Source: the human T2T-CHM13v2.0 reference genome, Homo sapiens
Strand: one strand, 5' to 3'
DNA length: 64,000 nt
Assembly: GCF_009914755.1 (NCBI RefSeq)
Contig: NC_060943.1
Every line of letters begins with the position of its first letter. Position 1 is the stretch's first letter. The notes below the pieces were generated by a model, which saw only the letters and a program-made list of their open reading frames with translations, did no database searches and had not been told where the DNA came from. Below, piece after piece: positions 35,461 through 49,568 of the stretch. Both the position numbers and the translations under genes were made by a program.

Positions 35461-36516
35461 CCCAAGTCTGGATACTTTTAATGACTTTAAAGCATAGCCA
35501 GGGCGGACCATCACTGATTTAGGTCATGGATGACAGAAACAGATTCTCACACTATCCTTCAGCCAGCACCCATGATGGGGGCAGACATGGTCATCAATTT
35601 CAGGTCTCAGAAGTCTTTGCTGCCATTATCAGTGGACTGGAGCTGTGGGAGAAGCTGCAGGGGAGAGAGGAGCAGGGCAGGTGTCAAGGAATTTGAACCT
35701 CACCTGCACTTCTCTAGGCTTTCTGGGCTGGAGCCCCTCTCCCAGGAGTCCACCCTGGTTTCCTAGGCAGCCCCTCCTCTGTGCAATTACTGCCCCTGCT
35801 CACTTCCTGACATTTTCCCATCATGCCTGGGCACTGAGCCTCCTTCAGCTGTCTCCTCTGTAGCGAGGGGCCCTGCGCGGGGCAGGGTAAAGCACATGTG
35901 TACCAGACAGGGCCCCCAACATGCACATTGTGGAGTGTGGTGGAGGCAGCTGGTTTCTGCCCACCTTTCCTGGGCAAAGGCTCCTGCTATCTCCTCCCCC
36001 ACTCCCCAGACCCACTCGGGCCTCAGACTCTGCCCACCAAAGCCGCTTCCTCCCCCGTCCTGTGACAGATGGAACAACTGTCACCGGGGCGTTCAGCCTT
36101 CCTGCCAGAGAAATGTGGACATGGGAGATTCGGTGGGCTTCCACCCATTCTCATCCAAAGCAGTCATGAGGACCGTCACATTCGACCCTCCCACTGGCTC
36201 TGAGGGGTGGCATCACCACCGTGCATCCCAGTTGAGGAAATCAAGGCCCCTGGACCCCAAGAACCCAGAGAAAGATCAAGATGGGCGCTCTGGGACTCCC
36301 AAGCCAGAGCTCCTCCCCAGGCCCACCGTCCCTGGGTCTCCCCCACCTAGAAACTGACCCAGCCCACACGTGTTTCAAGGATGCATGCGCCTGACCTCCC
36401 AAGAGCTCGCCCAGAGTCTGGGGGACCAGGAGTGTGAGAGGGACTGGTGACTGGCCCAGGGGCAGAGTGGGTAGCAGAGGTGAGGAGGAAGAGAGACTCA
36501 TGCAAAAGTGTTGTTT

Positions 36517-36522
36517 TTTATT
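36517..36522 (-). terminator. NAPA polyadenylation signal AATAAA (3'UTR about 36495-37148)
   Basis: tttatt on plus, about 630 nt after the stop codon, followed by pyrimidine-rich sequence on the sense strand. Confidence 0.85.
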
Positions 36523-37148
36523 TTCTTTCTTGGGCCAGCTGCAGCTTCCAACCAAGAAAACCTCAAAGCATTAGGGAAGGAGCAGGTGTGGGGCTGGGGT
36601 GGGGAGAATCCCCTAAGCTCCAGGGCCCAGGGTCTAACCTGAGAGGTCGGGGCTGCAGGAAGCTGGGGGAGGCTCCCGGGGCTGGGGGAAGAGGAGCCTG
36701 CCCCCAGCAGAAACAGCAGGTCTCAGCGGCTACATGTGCTTTAGAGCTTGGCTGGGGGACAAAAGTGGGAGAGAGAGAGAAACCGGCCTCATGACTCAGC
36801 TGGTCAGGAGATAGGGGGCCAGATGCTGACCCCAAATCCCCGGCAGCACCCCTAGCAAATAGGTCTGTATCAAAGATTCTGTACAGCTGGTTTTGGGGGT
36901 GAAGGGCACCTATGGGGGCTTAAATAAATGGACAGGGGGCAAGGGATGTAGCGAGAACAGAGGGTGACTGTCCGGCCAGCAGCCTGGGCCTCTGGCGCCC
37001 CTGCATGCTGACCCCCGGTGCCACCTGCCCACTGTGGCCCGCGGGACTCCCCAGATGGGAAAGGAGGGAAGCTCTCCAGCAAGTCTCGGCCCCACCTCTC
37101 TCTGAGCAGATGGGACAGGAAGACGGGCACTGGGGGGCTGGGTGGGGC

Positions 37149-37250
37149 TTAGCGCAGGTCCTCCTCATCGCCCTGGATGGTCTTCTTGATGCGCAGCAGC
37201 ATGGTGGTGAGCCACTGGTCCAGCCGGGAGATGGAGTCGTATTCCTTCAC
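37149..37250 (-). CDS. NAPA: NAPA exon 11 (last coding exon)
   Basis: [33 protein letters not shown]; cumulative CDS 888 nt. Confidence 0.97.
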
Positions 37251-37498
37251 CTGAGGGCACACCAGGTGATAGGCTGGCCATGCTCCCCCCGTTCCCAACC
37301 CTGCAGCCCAAGGGCACTTGTCCCAAGGTTTTCAAGATCTGTCTCTGTCACCCCTGGTCTCTGAGGAGGAGTAGAGGGAGGGCTTGAGGCCCCAACTCAG
37401 CCATGGGAGCTCCCTCTTGTCTGTCTTGACTATGCTGGGCACATCATTTCCCTTGGGGGAGAAAGATATTGTAGCTTTAAAAAAAAAAAAAGGTCCAT

Positions 37499-37968
<470 letters not shown>

Positions 37969-38571
37969 TCACTGTCCTCAGTTAGGGGCTTCCATTCCCA
38001 AGGGGCACCTAGGGAGAAATGCTTGACATGTGCCATTAGAGGAGTGAATCAGGACCTGAGCCGGACACCACTAAGCCCGGGAATGCTGGGAACAGAGAAA
38101 GGGAAGGGAGAGAGAGCCGCGTGGGCGGCTCCACCAGGCAGAGGGAAGCTGGCACCTCTCCCATGTCCTCAGCTCCACTCTCCTTCTCACCCCTTCCCTC
38201 CCCGTCTGTGCCTCCTGGGTGCCCAAGGCGCCCACTGTGAGTCTCACACACTCACCTGGGGGACTCAAGGAACCCTGGTCTTCAGAGGCAGACAGATGTG
38301 GCTCTGAACACCAGCTCTGTCCCTGAGGGGCCAAGGCCGAGCCTCCTGACCTCCCCAACCTCAGTGCCACCATCTATAAAATGGGGAGAACACTCCCTGC
38401 GCCTCTTGGCGCTACTTGTAAGGTTTCTGGGGTGACTGGAGAAAGAACTTCACAGTGGGCTGGGGGCCAGATGAAATGGGTGAATGTCATGGAGAGCGTG
38501 TCTGAGAAGGGCAGCTTTCCTAGGAGACCCATCCCCGTGAAGGGGCCTGGCCCCCCATGCTGGCCACTCAC

Positions 38572-38622
38572 CGACTCGGTGTAGCTGTCCACATTCTGCT
38601 CCTCGTGGGCCTCTAGCAATTT
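38572..38622 (-). CDS. NAPA: NAPA exon 10
   Basis: KLLEAHEEQNVDSYTES; 51 nt. Confidence 0.95.
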
Positions 38623-38865
38623 CTGCAAGCAAATGGCAGAGAGGGGTCAGGGGCCTATGCTGACCTGAGGTCTGGCCTGGATTAGATGAAAGGACACGCT
38701 ATCTGTATGCCAGGCCTGGGGCTGGGGCTTCCTGAGGACTCTCAGAGGGTCAATCCGTGTGGGTTAAACTGGGGATGGGTACGGGCGTGTTGCGATCCTG
38801 CTGCCCTATTCATCAGAAACGGCTTGCTCTCAGGGCAACCTTACCAACATAGAACATCACACAGA

Positions 38866-39379
38866 ATGTGTGTGTGTGTGGGTATGGGGGGTGTGTGTGT
38901 TGGGTGTGGTGTGTGGTGGAGGTGTGTGTGTGTGTGGTGTGTGTGTTGGGGTGTGGTGTGTAGGGGCACGTGTGGTGTTTGGTGTGTGTTGAGTTGCGTG
39001 TGTGGTGTGTTCGGTGTGTGTGTGGGGTGTGTGTGGTGTGTGTAGTGTGTGTGCAATGTGTGTGTGTGGGGTGTGTCATGTGTGGTGTGTGTGCAGTGTG
39101 TTTTGTGTGTGGGGGGGTGTGTCGTGTGGTGTGTGTACTGTGCAATGTGTTTTGTGTGAGGGGTGTGTCGTGTGTGTGTAGTGTGTGTGCGATATGTGTG
39201 GTGTGTGATGTGTTTGCTGTGTGTGGTGTGTGTGTAGTGTGTGTGGGGTGTGTGGGGTGGTGTGTGTGTAGCGTGTGGTGTGATGTGTGTGGTGTGGTGT
39301 GATGTGTGTGGTGTGGTGTGTGTAGTGTATGTTTGGTGTGTGTGGTGTGGTGTGGTGTGTGTAGTGTGTGTGTGTGTGT
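38866..39379. repeat. About 510-bp degenerate (GT/GGT)n tract; (CAAAA)n follows at about 39455-39495
   Basis: Read directly. Confidence 0.92.
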
Positions 39380-39605
39380 CCACCTAGCCATCCTGAGCTC
39401 CAGCACTCCCCGAGTTGTACTTTCTTCATCTGGAAAATGGAGACTCAAATGGCCAAACAAAACAAAACAAAACAAAACAAAACAAAACAAAACAAAGACA
39501 CCCTCTGAGAACTACTGGACAAGTCTTGGCGATTGTCCCACCTGGAGCCCCAGCCACCCCCGTCTGAGGTTCGGGAAGGGGGAGGCCGGAGCACCCAGCA
39601 CTTAC

Positions 39606-39674
39606 TTTCATCAACTTGCATTCCCGGGAATCAGAGAAAGCTGGGAACAGCTCCTCATACTTTTGGACAGCCAG
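39606..39674 (-). CDS. NAPA: NAPA exon 9
   Basis: [23 protein letters not shown]; 69 nt; GTAAGT donor. Confidence 0.95.
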
Positions 39675-40832
39675 CTGGGCAGCAGGGAAGGGAGAAGATG
39701 AGTTAGTAACAAGAGGGTCCTCAGAGCTACTGGCCTAGCAGCTGAGGGGACTTGGGGATGTCGGGTGATATTGAGTCAGCTCTTGCACCCCTCCCCCAGC
39801 CTCAGGTGTCACCTGGCTCTGTGTCTGTCAGTACCTTCCCGTAGCTGAGCTCAGCACCAGCCTGGCTGCAGAGATGGCTGCAGGGAGAGGTGGGTGGAGG
39901 GGGAAGGTTCCCCAGATAGGCACCCACTGCCTCCTCCCACCTGGCTCAGCTGGGGCAGGGGACAAATGAGCACATCCTCCATGCCAGGCCTGGGGCTGGT
40001 GCTTCTTGAGGACCCTGAGAGGGTCAAATGACGGTGAGCCCCCTTTTCAAAGTGAGGAAACAGATCCAGAGAGGGGCAGTGACCTGCCCAGGGCACGGTG
40101 AGACATGGGGTGGGAATGGGAACCTGGTCTGACAAAGCCCAAGCTTTTGCCCACCACCGGTGCCCACAGCAGGGCAGGGCTCTGTGGGGTGTGTGTGTGT
40201 GGGGTGTGTGGGGCCACCACCCCAGGCCGTGAGCCAGGGACACCAGGAAATCCTGGACTCCGTGCTTCTGCCAGGCAATGGTAAAAAAACTCCGGCCAAG
40301 CAAAATCTAGCGCCAACCCTCCAGCTCCTTCCCGCTGGCCACGCCCCCTCCCACTGCCCTCTTTGGCCCCTCTTTTGCCAAGTGTCCTGAAAATAGGTGG
40401 GCATGTGTGAGCTACAGCTAAAGCCACGACAGCAGGAGTCACAAAGATCTGGAACACTGGGGCTGCAGGTCCCTAGTCATGTGGCCTCAAACAAGGGACT
40501 CTCGTCCCAGCCTCACCATCTTCACCCATAAGACGCGGTGACAATGGTGCTGACTTTAATGGGGTGCAGTGAGGATTCAAAAAGTGCACCCATGAAGGAA
40601 AGAGCACTAAGTGAGGCAGGAGCTGGACCCGCAAAAGCCTCCAGGGCTGGGTGGGCAGGTGATGCCAGCACAGAAACACAGCTGTGAGAACCACACTTCT
40701 CATCCAAAGGCTGGCTGGCAGGGGCCAGACGTGAGGGAGGAGCACGTCCCTCTTCGGGGGCAACGGGACCTGGCCTGGAGATAAGCACATGGTGGCCTGG
40801 TGCGGTGGTCCTGCGGGCGTGGGGTGTGCTAC

Positions 40833-40937
40833 CTTGGCGTTGAGCATGTCGATGCAGAAGTGGCAGAGGGCCGCCTTGAAGAAGTAGTCTTTGGCGCTGT
40901 ACTTGAGGAGGGGGCTGTCCATGGCATTGGTCCCCAC
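40833..40937 (-). CDS. NAPA: NAPA exon 8
   Basis: [35 protein letters not shown]; 105 nt. Confidence 0.96.
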
Positions 40938-41778
40938 CTGTAGCCATGGAGAAGTGGCACTGGTGAGCTCAGGGCAAGCAGCCAGAGGGCCAGAGCCACT
41001 GCCAGGCACTGGGGGGCCAGCTGGGAGCTGGTTCATGTCCCGAGGTGAGGCCCTGTTAACCCAGGACCCCAAGGGCAGGGAGCCAGGGACCAGCTTGGAG
41101 AGGTCAGCGGCCAGTGCGTGAGCGACCAAGATCAGGGTGTGATGGTGGCTGGGTGGGGGTGGAGGCTGTAGCCAGGTGTTCGTGGGCCTTCTGAGAGCCT
41201 GAGACAGTGGGAAGGAGGCAGCCTGGCTGTCAGGACCAACGGGAGGCTGGCATGGCGGTGGGCAGAGCGGCGGCAGGCGGTGGGAACATGAGAGGCGGCG
41301 CCCGCCCCTCTCTCCCAGGGGGCCAGCTGCCTGCCTTTTTCTCGGCCATCACCCAGGGCTCCGTGCACGCTGGGGGGACCCCATGTGACACTCCCTCCCT
41401 CCCACTGTGGATGAGGACCATCGGGCCATGGGGTGGGGTGCCCACGGCCACCCTGGGCCTCTTGGCACTTCTTCCCATTCCCTCCCTCTGGGTTCTTTAG
41501 CCAGCCTCACTCTGGGCCCCTCCAGGAAGCTCTGCGAGGGGTGTGGGAGGGGCACAGCCAGGGAGAGAGACGGTGCTGGCACGGCATGGAGTCGTAGGTG
41601 GAGAACATTCAGCCAGGCTGAAGACAGGGTGGGGGGATGACATGGCAAGGGATGTCGGGGGAGAGGCAGAGGGTGAGCCGGGGGAGGGGTGGTTCCAGAA
41701 CAAGGTGCCGGGGCTTAGGAGGAGGCACAGGCCCTGAGAGGGGGCAGGGTGGAAGCCGCCATCCCCACCTGTCCCCAC

Positions 41779-41863
41779 CTGTTCGTAGATGTCAATGGCC
41801 TTCTGATACTGCTCCAGCAGCGCAGCGTAACCAGCCACCTTCAGCAGACACTTGTTGGCTGAG
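41779..41863 (-). CDS. NAPA: NAPA exon 7
   Basis: [28 protein letters not shown]; 85 nt. Confidence 0.96.
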
Positions 41864-41936
41864 CTGTGTGGGGAGGAGTAGTGAGGGGAAGTGGTGGCGG
41901 TCCCTGCGGGGCTGGGGCAGGCAGGAAGGGGGCTAC

Positions 41937-41992
41937 CTGTTGGACTCCTCGCCTTTGTAGTAGTCTGCAGACTGCTCGTAGTGGGCAATGGC
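41937..41992 (-). CDS. NAPA: NAPA exon 6
   Basis: [18 protein letters not shown]; 56 nt; followed by a 73-nt intron. Confidence 0.96.
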
Positions 41993-42233
41993 CTGGGGAG
42001 ACACGGGGGATGGGTTCCAGGGGAGGGCAGGGAAGGGAGAGGAGGCCTCCGTGAAGCTTCCACACCCTCCGCCCTGCCTGCCTGGGACACAGCCAGACCC
42101 CATTCTCCAAGCTCTGCCGGCGCCCCATGCCCCCTTCTCGGCACTCAGACACCAGAGGACTCCCCTGGTGGGAAGAAGAGAGAGCAGCACTGGTCCTGGC
42201 TGCCAGCCCATGCAGGGCCCTGCTGCCACTCAC

Positions 42234-42311
42234 CTTCTCGATGTCCACCAACTCTGTCTCATAGATCTCAGCAATGGAGATGTGGTGCTTGGCCGCAATC
42301 GTGAATCGGCC
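42234..42311 (-). CDS. NAPA: NAPA exon 5
   Basis: [26 protein letters not shown]; 78 nt. Confidence 0.96.
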
Positions 42312-43134
42312 CTGGAGGGGACACAGGAAGGGGCTGCCTGCGACTCATGACCTCCTGCGTGCCTGCCTGCTGACCTATGACCCTTCAAGTTCCCACCCCT
42401 CAGCCACGCCTGTGAGGAGGTATGAAGAAGACCTGAGGTGTGAAGAAGATCGAGAGGTGGGGGAACACAGGAGTGAGAAGGGAGGGCCCCAGCACTAGAG
42501 GCCTGGCTATGCGTGCTGGGCTGAGCGGGTGATGTTGGACAAGCCACTCCAGGGCCTTAGCCTAATTCCATCCCATCCACGAGGGCACAGATGGTGTGAC
42601 ACCAGAGAGAATGTGAGCACGAGCACTTGGCCAAGGCCCTGGCCCTTAGGAAGCCTCTGATAACAGCCAGAGAGGCGGAAGGACCAGTCCAGAGCCACTT
42701 GGCAAAGGGCTCTGGAGAAACCAGGATGGGAGGGAGGGCTTGAGACCTCTGCCCAAGAGTACCAGCTCTGCCCCCAGGCCAACACCTATCTGTCAGCCTC
42801 CCCCAGGCACACCCAGAGCTCCCCAGGGAGGCCTCAGGTTCCAAGGGGCCTCGCACCTTCCATCCGCCTCCACCCAGTGTCCAGGCGCTTGCCTAACTGC
42901 TCTGCACCAGGGGCTGGTCCAACGCCACCCCCTTGCTGAGGGCAGTAGGAAAGGGCAAGGCCCTGGGCTCAGCCAGACCTTGTTTCGGGTCTCAGTGACT
43001 CCTGCTTGTAGCCACATGTCCCTGGGCAAATCATGTCACTTGTCTGAGCCCCTCTCCTCCACTAAGGAACGGGGATGACAATAATGCCAACCTCACAGGG
43101 CTGTGGATTAAACCACCCTGCAGTGTCTGGCCTA

Positions 43135-43578
<444 letters not shown>

Positions 43579-43824
43579 AGAGAGAGAGAAAGCACTGACA
43601 GGAGCCCCGGCCTGGGTGGGACCCTTCACTCTGGCTCCAGTTGGCAGCTGCCCATCTGGTCTGCATCTGTCGTTGGCAACGCGCCCTGGGGGCAGGGCAG
43701 GTGCTGAGCCTCCTGTGGGCTCTGCCTATCCCTGTGGCCTGCTGCAAGATGCTTATCAAATGTGACACTTGCGGGAAGGCTGGGCAAGGGGAAGTGCCGG
43801 ACACACACTCTCCAGTAACCTAAT

Positions 43825-44110
43825 TTCTTTTTTTGTTTTGAGACAGGGTCTTGTTTTGTCGCCTACGCTGGAGTGCAGTGGTGTGATCACAGCTCACTGC
43901 AGCCTCAACTTCCTGGACTCAAGCGATTTTCCTGCCTCAACCTCCCAAGAACTAGGACCCCAGGTGCATGCCACTACACCAGGCTAATTTGTTGTAGAGA
44001 GGAGGTCTTGCTATGTTGCCCAGGCTGGTCTCGAACTCCTGTGCCCAAAAGATCCTCCCACCTCAGCCTCCCAACATGCCAGGATTACAGGCATGAGCCA
44101 CCCTGCCCAG
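43825..44110 (-). mobile_element. Alu (J-like)
   Basis: Alu consensus. Confidence 0.88.
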
Positions 44111-44368
44111 CTCAATAACCTAAGTTCTATGAATGAAAACCATGACTGCCTGTGGAGTGAGGGGGCCGTCAGGCTGGTGGGGAGCTGGGTGAAGACCCAG
44201 CCAGCCCAGGCCAGCTCAGGTGACCTAATCCCCCCAGCTCCCACTTCCCCCTCCCCAAGTGGTTTGGCCGCAGAATAAGAACAGTGCTGGGGGTGCTGAA
44301 AGAGGGGACGCAAGGCTGGGGCAATGCAGTGGGACCCGGGGGTGTCAGGACAAGCAAGCAGCCCTTAC

Positions 44369-44415
44369 CATGTCTGTGTAGATCTCGATTGCTCGCATCA
44401 AACAGTTAATGGCCT
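44369..44415 (-). CDS. NAPA: NAPA exon 4
   Basis: EAINCLMRAIEIYTDM; 47 nt; includes Met105. Confidence 0.95.
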
Positions 44416-47409
44416 CTGGAGAGAAAGGGAGGTGGGAGGAGACATGAGAAAGTGAAGTCGTTTCAGCAGAAGCTGAGGAGAGGAGGCGGACGCAGGCGCA
44501 CCTGGCTGCCAGCAGAGAGATCAATAGGCGCTCAGAGCTGCCAGCGCTGCCACACACTCTCAAGGGGCTGGGAAGAAGGGGACGGAATCCCTGAGCCCCA
44601 GGAAATCTGGTGAGAGGGCTGACTCTGCAGACTGTGACTTGCTGGGCACATGCTTCTGGGGGAGCCCTTCTCTCCTCGGGCTGCCAGGATGCTACCAGCT
44701 TCCCACAACCCCAGGGACAGGGCACAGCAGTGCTAGGCCAGGATGATGGCCAGACTCCCACGGTGTTTTAAGACAGACCTGCCAAGGCCCTGCTCTTGAA
44801 GGACTGAGCTGCTGGCAAAGGGGAAGGAGGCATGGGAGGCGGCCAAACCAGCATCTGAGGTGGTCTTGGAGGCAACAGGGTGCCAGGTTCTACCTGGGCT
44901 CTGCCACCATCTCTGCAGGATCCTGAGCAGCTTCTGCTCCTGCACCAGGAGGACCTGGACCTCTGGCACGAGGAGGCTGGATGTCATCAACACTGAGCCC
45001 TCAGTGTGCTCTCCACTGCCCCCTCTTCCTCGTAGCTCAGCAGTCGGGAGCCCTCTGCTCAGTCCCTTTAACCTAGTCCTGCCACCCACCAGCTCCTCAA
45101 AGGTTTTGCCAAAAAACCTGAACACACCAGGATGGCACTGAGGAAGAACTGGGCTACCTTTGTTGTACTATCTCTTGCAAGATTTTAAATTTGGGAAAGG
45201 CTTTTTTTTGACAAGTTATTTGGAGGAGAGAGAAAAGCATGAGTGGGAGGCATTTTCTAGCAGACAGAAATGAGCTCTCAGGGGGTATTTTTTAAGAACA
45301 CCATTTTAGCACATCTCAGGAGGACAGGGGTGTTGTGGGGAGGGAGGCCTGGGTTGGGGAGAGGGAAAGGCAGGGAGCTTGGACAGGCCACAGGGCATGG
45401 GCTCTGAGCTTCAGCCTGGGCATCTGAAAGTTCCTGGTCACCGTGGGGGTCTCCATGGTCACCCAGGCCATGTTCGCCTGAGAAGAGGGTGCTACCAAGA
45501 AGCGCCGGGGCTGGGCTCCTCTCAAGGGGCTCACGGTCTGGATGGGACTCCAAACTCCCTCCGTGGGGAGGCATCTGGACAGAGGCTCTTTGTCTCAGGT
45601 CTGTGGCTGGGCTTTCAGGGAGTCCAACCCCTCCTTCTGACATGTAAACAGTGGGGTCCATAAGCACTCCTCTGGGGAGTGGGGTCTGTAGGTTTTGTCC
45701 AATTCAGAAAGACCTCTGGGGATCTAAAAGGGACTGAGAGAAGGTACAGCACTCAGTCCAGGTTCTAGGGCTGACAGACCGAGACTGTGGCAGCAGACAG
45801 TGGAAACGGTGGCAAAAAGGGGGCAGATGAGGAGGAAGGGGAGAGAACACAACCTAAATCCGGCAGTTTGAAGACACATACATCCTGTAATCGGCGGACC
45901 CAGAAGCAACGGCTAAGCCGGGCCACGCTGCAGAGGAGAGCAGCAGCTGGAGTGAGGTGAGAGGCCCGCCTTGCCCCGCCCCACCTGGCTGCAGTCTCCA
46001 CATGGAGGCCCCGGGCTGCTCACTGGTTCACTCTCCTGGCCGGAACACCCAGGACACCAACCTGGCACCCTGTGGGCTGAGGCGGCAAAGGCTGCTGCTC
46101 CGCAGTGAGCAGTGAGATCTGCAGCTGCCACCTGGGCCTGCTGGCACTGGCTCTGGAGCACCCGCCGTCAGCATGGCACAGTCCTTGCAGTAGCAGCAGG
46201 GAGACAGCTTACCCCCCAGGCAGCAACATGGACTCACGGGGTTAAGTCCCCTCCATGTCTGGAAAGCGGCGGGCCACCAGCAGACACCTGGGACAGCTGG
46301 CTCCTGGACGAGCTTCTGACACACTCATGACTGCTACTCTTATCTCAGGTCACCAGGCCTTGTGCACTCGGACAGGCAGAGCAACACCCAGTTCTGTGGC
46401 CTGGCCCCTCCTGTACCCACCCACAGAGGGCTGGAAAGGGGCTCAGAGCAATACAGCCCAAGTTGGGGAGCTATGGCCCAGGCCACCGCCCATCCCCGCA
46501 GTCACTCCTACCAGCGACGCCCAACCTGACTTCTGCGTCTCTGAAGCCCTTCCTGGTTACACTTGGTCATCTCCTCCTTAGTAAAATGGGGGCAAATCAC
46601 AGAATGCACAAAGAAATCAAATGGGTTAAAAGATGCCAAGCATCTGGTACACAGTAGAAACCCAGTAAATGGCAGCTGGGGAGGAAGTGGGGGACAAGCA
46701 GGGGCCAGGTCGCTTCTCTGCCCCAGGTACACACACTGCCCCCACCCCCAACTATCAGGCAGGCCTGGGAAGAGGCCTCGCTGGCCCGAGTCTGCCCTGA
46801 GCAGCAGCCATGGTTGGGTAACTGAGGAACCAATAACACATATGAGCATCACCCTTCCCCACCCAGAGCCACCAAGGTGGCAGCAGGCCACCCTCTGCGA
46901 GAGGGAGAGGAATTCGGGAGCCCAGTCGGGCCTCAGGCACACTCCAGCTGCCACTTGGGGGCAGGTCCTTCTGGAGGGAGTCCTGGAGGAAGCCCTAGAA
47001 GTGCTGACCCAAGACAGAGGCCTTCTAGGCTGCTGAGGAGACCAGTGATGAGGACGGCCCCAGGGTACCGGCCACCTGCTTGGGGAAGCCAGGCAAGGTT
47101 CCAAATCGGGCCTCCAGCGCTGTCTCACAAGGCACCCGGCCAAGGGCAGAGGCTGTGGGGAGCCCAGGGCAGGCAGGGGCCCCTGGACTGATGAAAGCCA
47201 AGGGTGTCCTGACTGGAAGTTTATCACACACCAGGTGCCGCGCTGGGCATGACTGCATCATCTCACAGCAGTCTCTGCTTTAACAGACGAGGAAACAGAG
47301 GCCCAAAAGACTGACTTGCCCAGGATCACAGGGGAGGCAGGGTCCTCCCAGACCACCCACCACCTGCGCTGCTGAGCCACACACAGTTGCTACATGACAT
47401 TCTCTGTGA

Positions 47410-47553
<144 letters not shown>

Positions 47554-49451
47554 TAGCCTCAGACACAAAGCAGCCACTGCCCTTGATGCCAATGTGCCCC
47601 TTGCCCCACTGGGAGTCATGGCTGGCGTGCGTATCTTTAGGCTGTAGCTCTGGAAGCTGCACTAACACCCTTCCCTGCTCAACACCACGTCCCCAGGGCT
47701 CTGGACACGGCACCTGCTCTCAGCTCTACCCAGGTGAGGCTCTCCTTTCAGAACTGCCCCCTTTCTTCCTTGAAAGATCTCCCATAGCCAAATTCACGCC
47801 CCCAGCCTCAGCTCTGTGCAAGTTGGCCTCTGTGCCCTGGATGTAACATCATCTTTATACTTTCCTACCGGTCGGAGTCCTCAGCCACCTTCTGAGCTTC
47901 CTAAGGCCAGGGAGGGGCCACATCCAGACTCCAGGCCCACACCCTGCAGAGTCTCGCTGGAGAGCTAGAAAAGCTCAGATCAAACGCAGGGGAGGGACCC
48001 CACCATATCCCACTGCCAGGCAGGGCCTGTCTGCAGGAAGTGAGGGGTCTGCTGAAAGAGCAAATGGCACTCTCTGTTCGGCAGCCTGGCGCTCAGTGTT
48101 GCCCCAGAGTGTCCTTCCAGTCACTCCAGATGGGGCAGCAGCTGAACGTCACAGATGCTAAGACAGCACCTCTAGGCCAACCAGTTTCCCAGGGAGCAGA
48201 AGGAAAGGCTTGGCGGGGCAGTTTAATGGAAGGCATGGAGACTCCATGTGGTGAATCAAGCTTAAAACCAACCCAGGGTCTCCCTGGGTCATCACTGCAT
48301 CAACCACGCAGCCTGCTGTGGCCCAGTGCTACCAGCCAGGCAAGCCCCATGGCCCACCCAGTTACAAGGCTGCTCCTCGGCCTCTTGCCAGGCCTGAGCC
48401 CCACCATGTGACCACTGAGGCCAACGCATGAGATGCCCAGCTGCTGAGGAGCAACTGGTCAGTCTAAGGACAGAGAAGAGCTACTGGTCAACACAAATTC
48501 ATCCTCATCTGGGAACTAACACGTCAGATCACGACAAAGGGGTATGCCAGCAGTTCTCAAACACGCCATGTGAACCAGTGCTCACTGATCCATGGAGGAA
48601 GCTCCCTGCACTGCTGCAAACCTGTCTTCTCTTGGGAAGGACAGGCTTTTATTCCAAGATTATATAGCTGCTTTTTATTTTTTAAAGATTCATATATTTT
48701 CCATTCCCCTGAGATGACAGTGACAATAGATGGTCATTTTTAAAAACTGCCTGTGCTTTCTAATTAGCAACCTGTACCTGGCACCAACATTTTAAAAAAT
48801 AAATTAAAATTCCCGCCACATGCAAGCAAACACTGGGCTGGACCTCCTCTTCGGGAGGCACCCAGGGGGACAAAACTGTTTTCTCACCATGAGTCAGCCC
48901 CAAACTGGGTTTCTGTCCCTAGCACGCTCTCATTTTAAGTAATTTGTTCTCTGGCAACTACATCTCGGGCTCTGTTCTCTCTAATTCCTCCCCAGGATGT
49001 AGGGAAGCCAGGTTGGGCTAATTTCCGCTCCTTTTTCGGCAGCAACTCCTACCTGGCTGGTCTCAGAATCCTCCCCGCCCCCCACACCGCTCCCTTCTGC
49101 ATGTTAATTCTGACAACAGAACAGATTTTCCTCTCTCCCCGGCAGGCGGTGGGTCTGCAATGGAACTCCCACTCCCAAATGCTCCGGGATTGGGAAGGGG
49201 TGATCAGCTGCACCGACACCACCGACACGGTAGATAGGGGGGCGGAGACTTGAGCAGGGCGCGAATGCCAACTGGAAGGAAGAGAGCCAGTTCTAAAGTC
49301 AACGCTCACTCTGCCTCAGGCACGCCCCTGCCAGCCTATCACATGTCGGCCACTGGAAAAACCAGAGCCGCCAGGAAACCTGAGGAATCAATGCAGGGTG
49401 CTAGGATGGCGCTCCGGACAGCCAGCCCGTGTGGCCCGCAGAGGCCCTCAC

Positions 49452-49568
49452 CTTGGGGGTCGGCTTTCTTGAATGCGTTGCCAGCGTCCACAAAGCAGGT
49501 GGCTGCGTCGTGCTTGCTCTGGAGCTGCAGGTGCAGCTGTGCAGCCTGGCAGAACGCGTTTCCAGCAG
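49452..49568 (-). CDS. NAPA: NAPA exon 3
   Basis: [39 protein letters not shown]; 117 nt. Confidence 0.96.

Noticed and set aside
38813-39490. His/Thr-rich 225-aa ORF
   Set aside because: Translation of the (CA)n-like tract
39850-39862. TCAGCACC REST half-site (also about 19353)
   Set aside because: No convincing right half-site at a usable spacing
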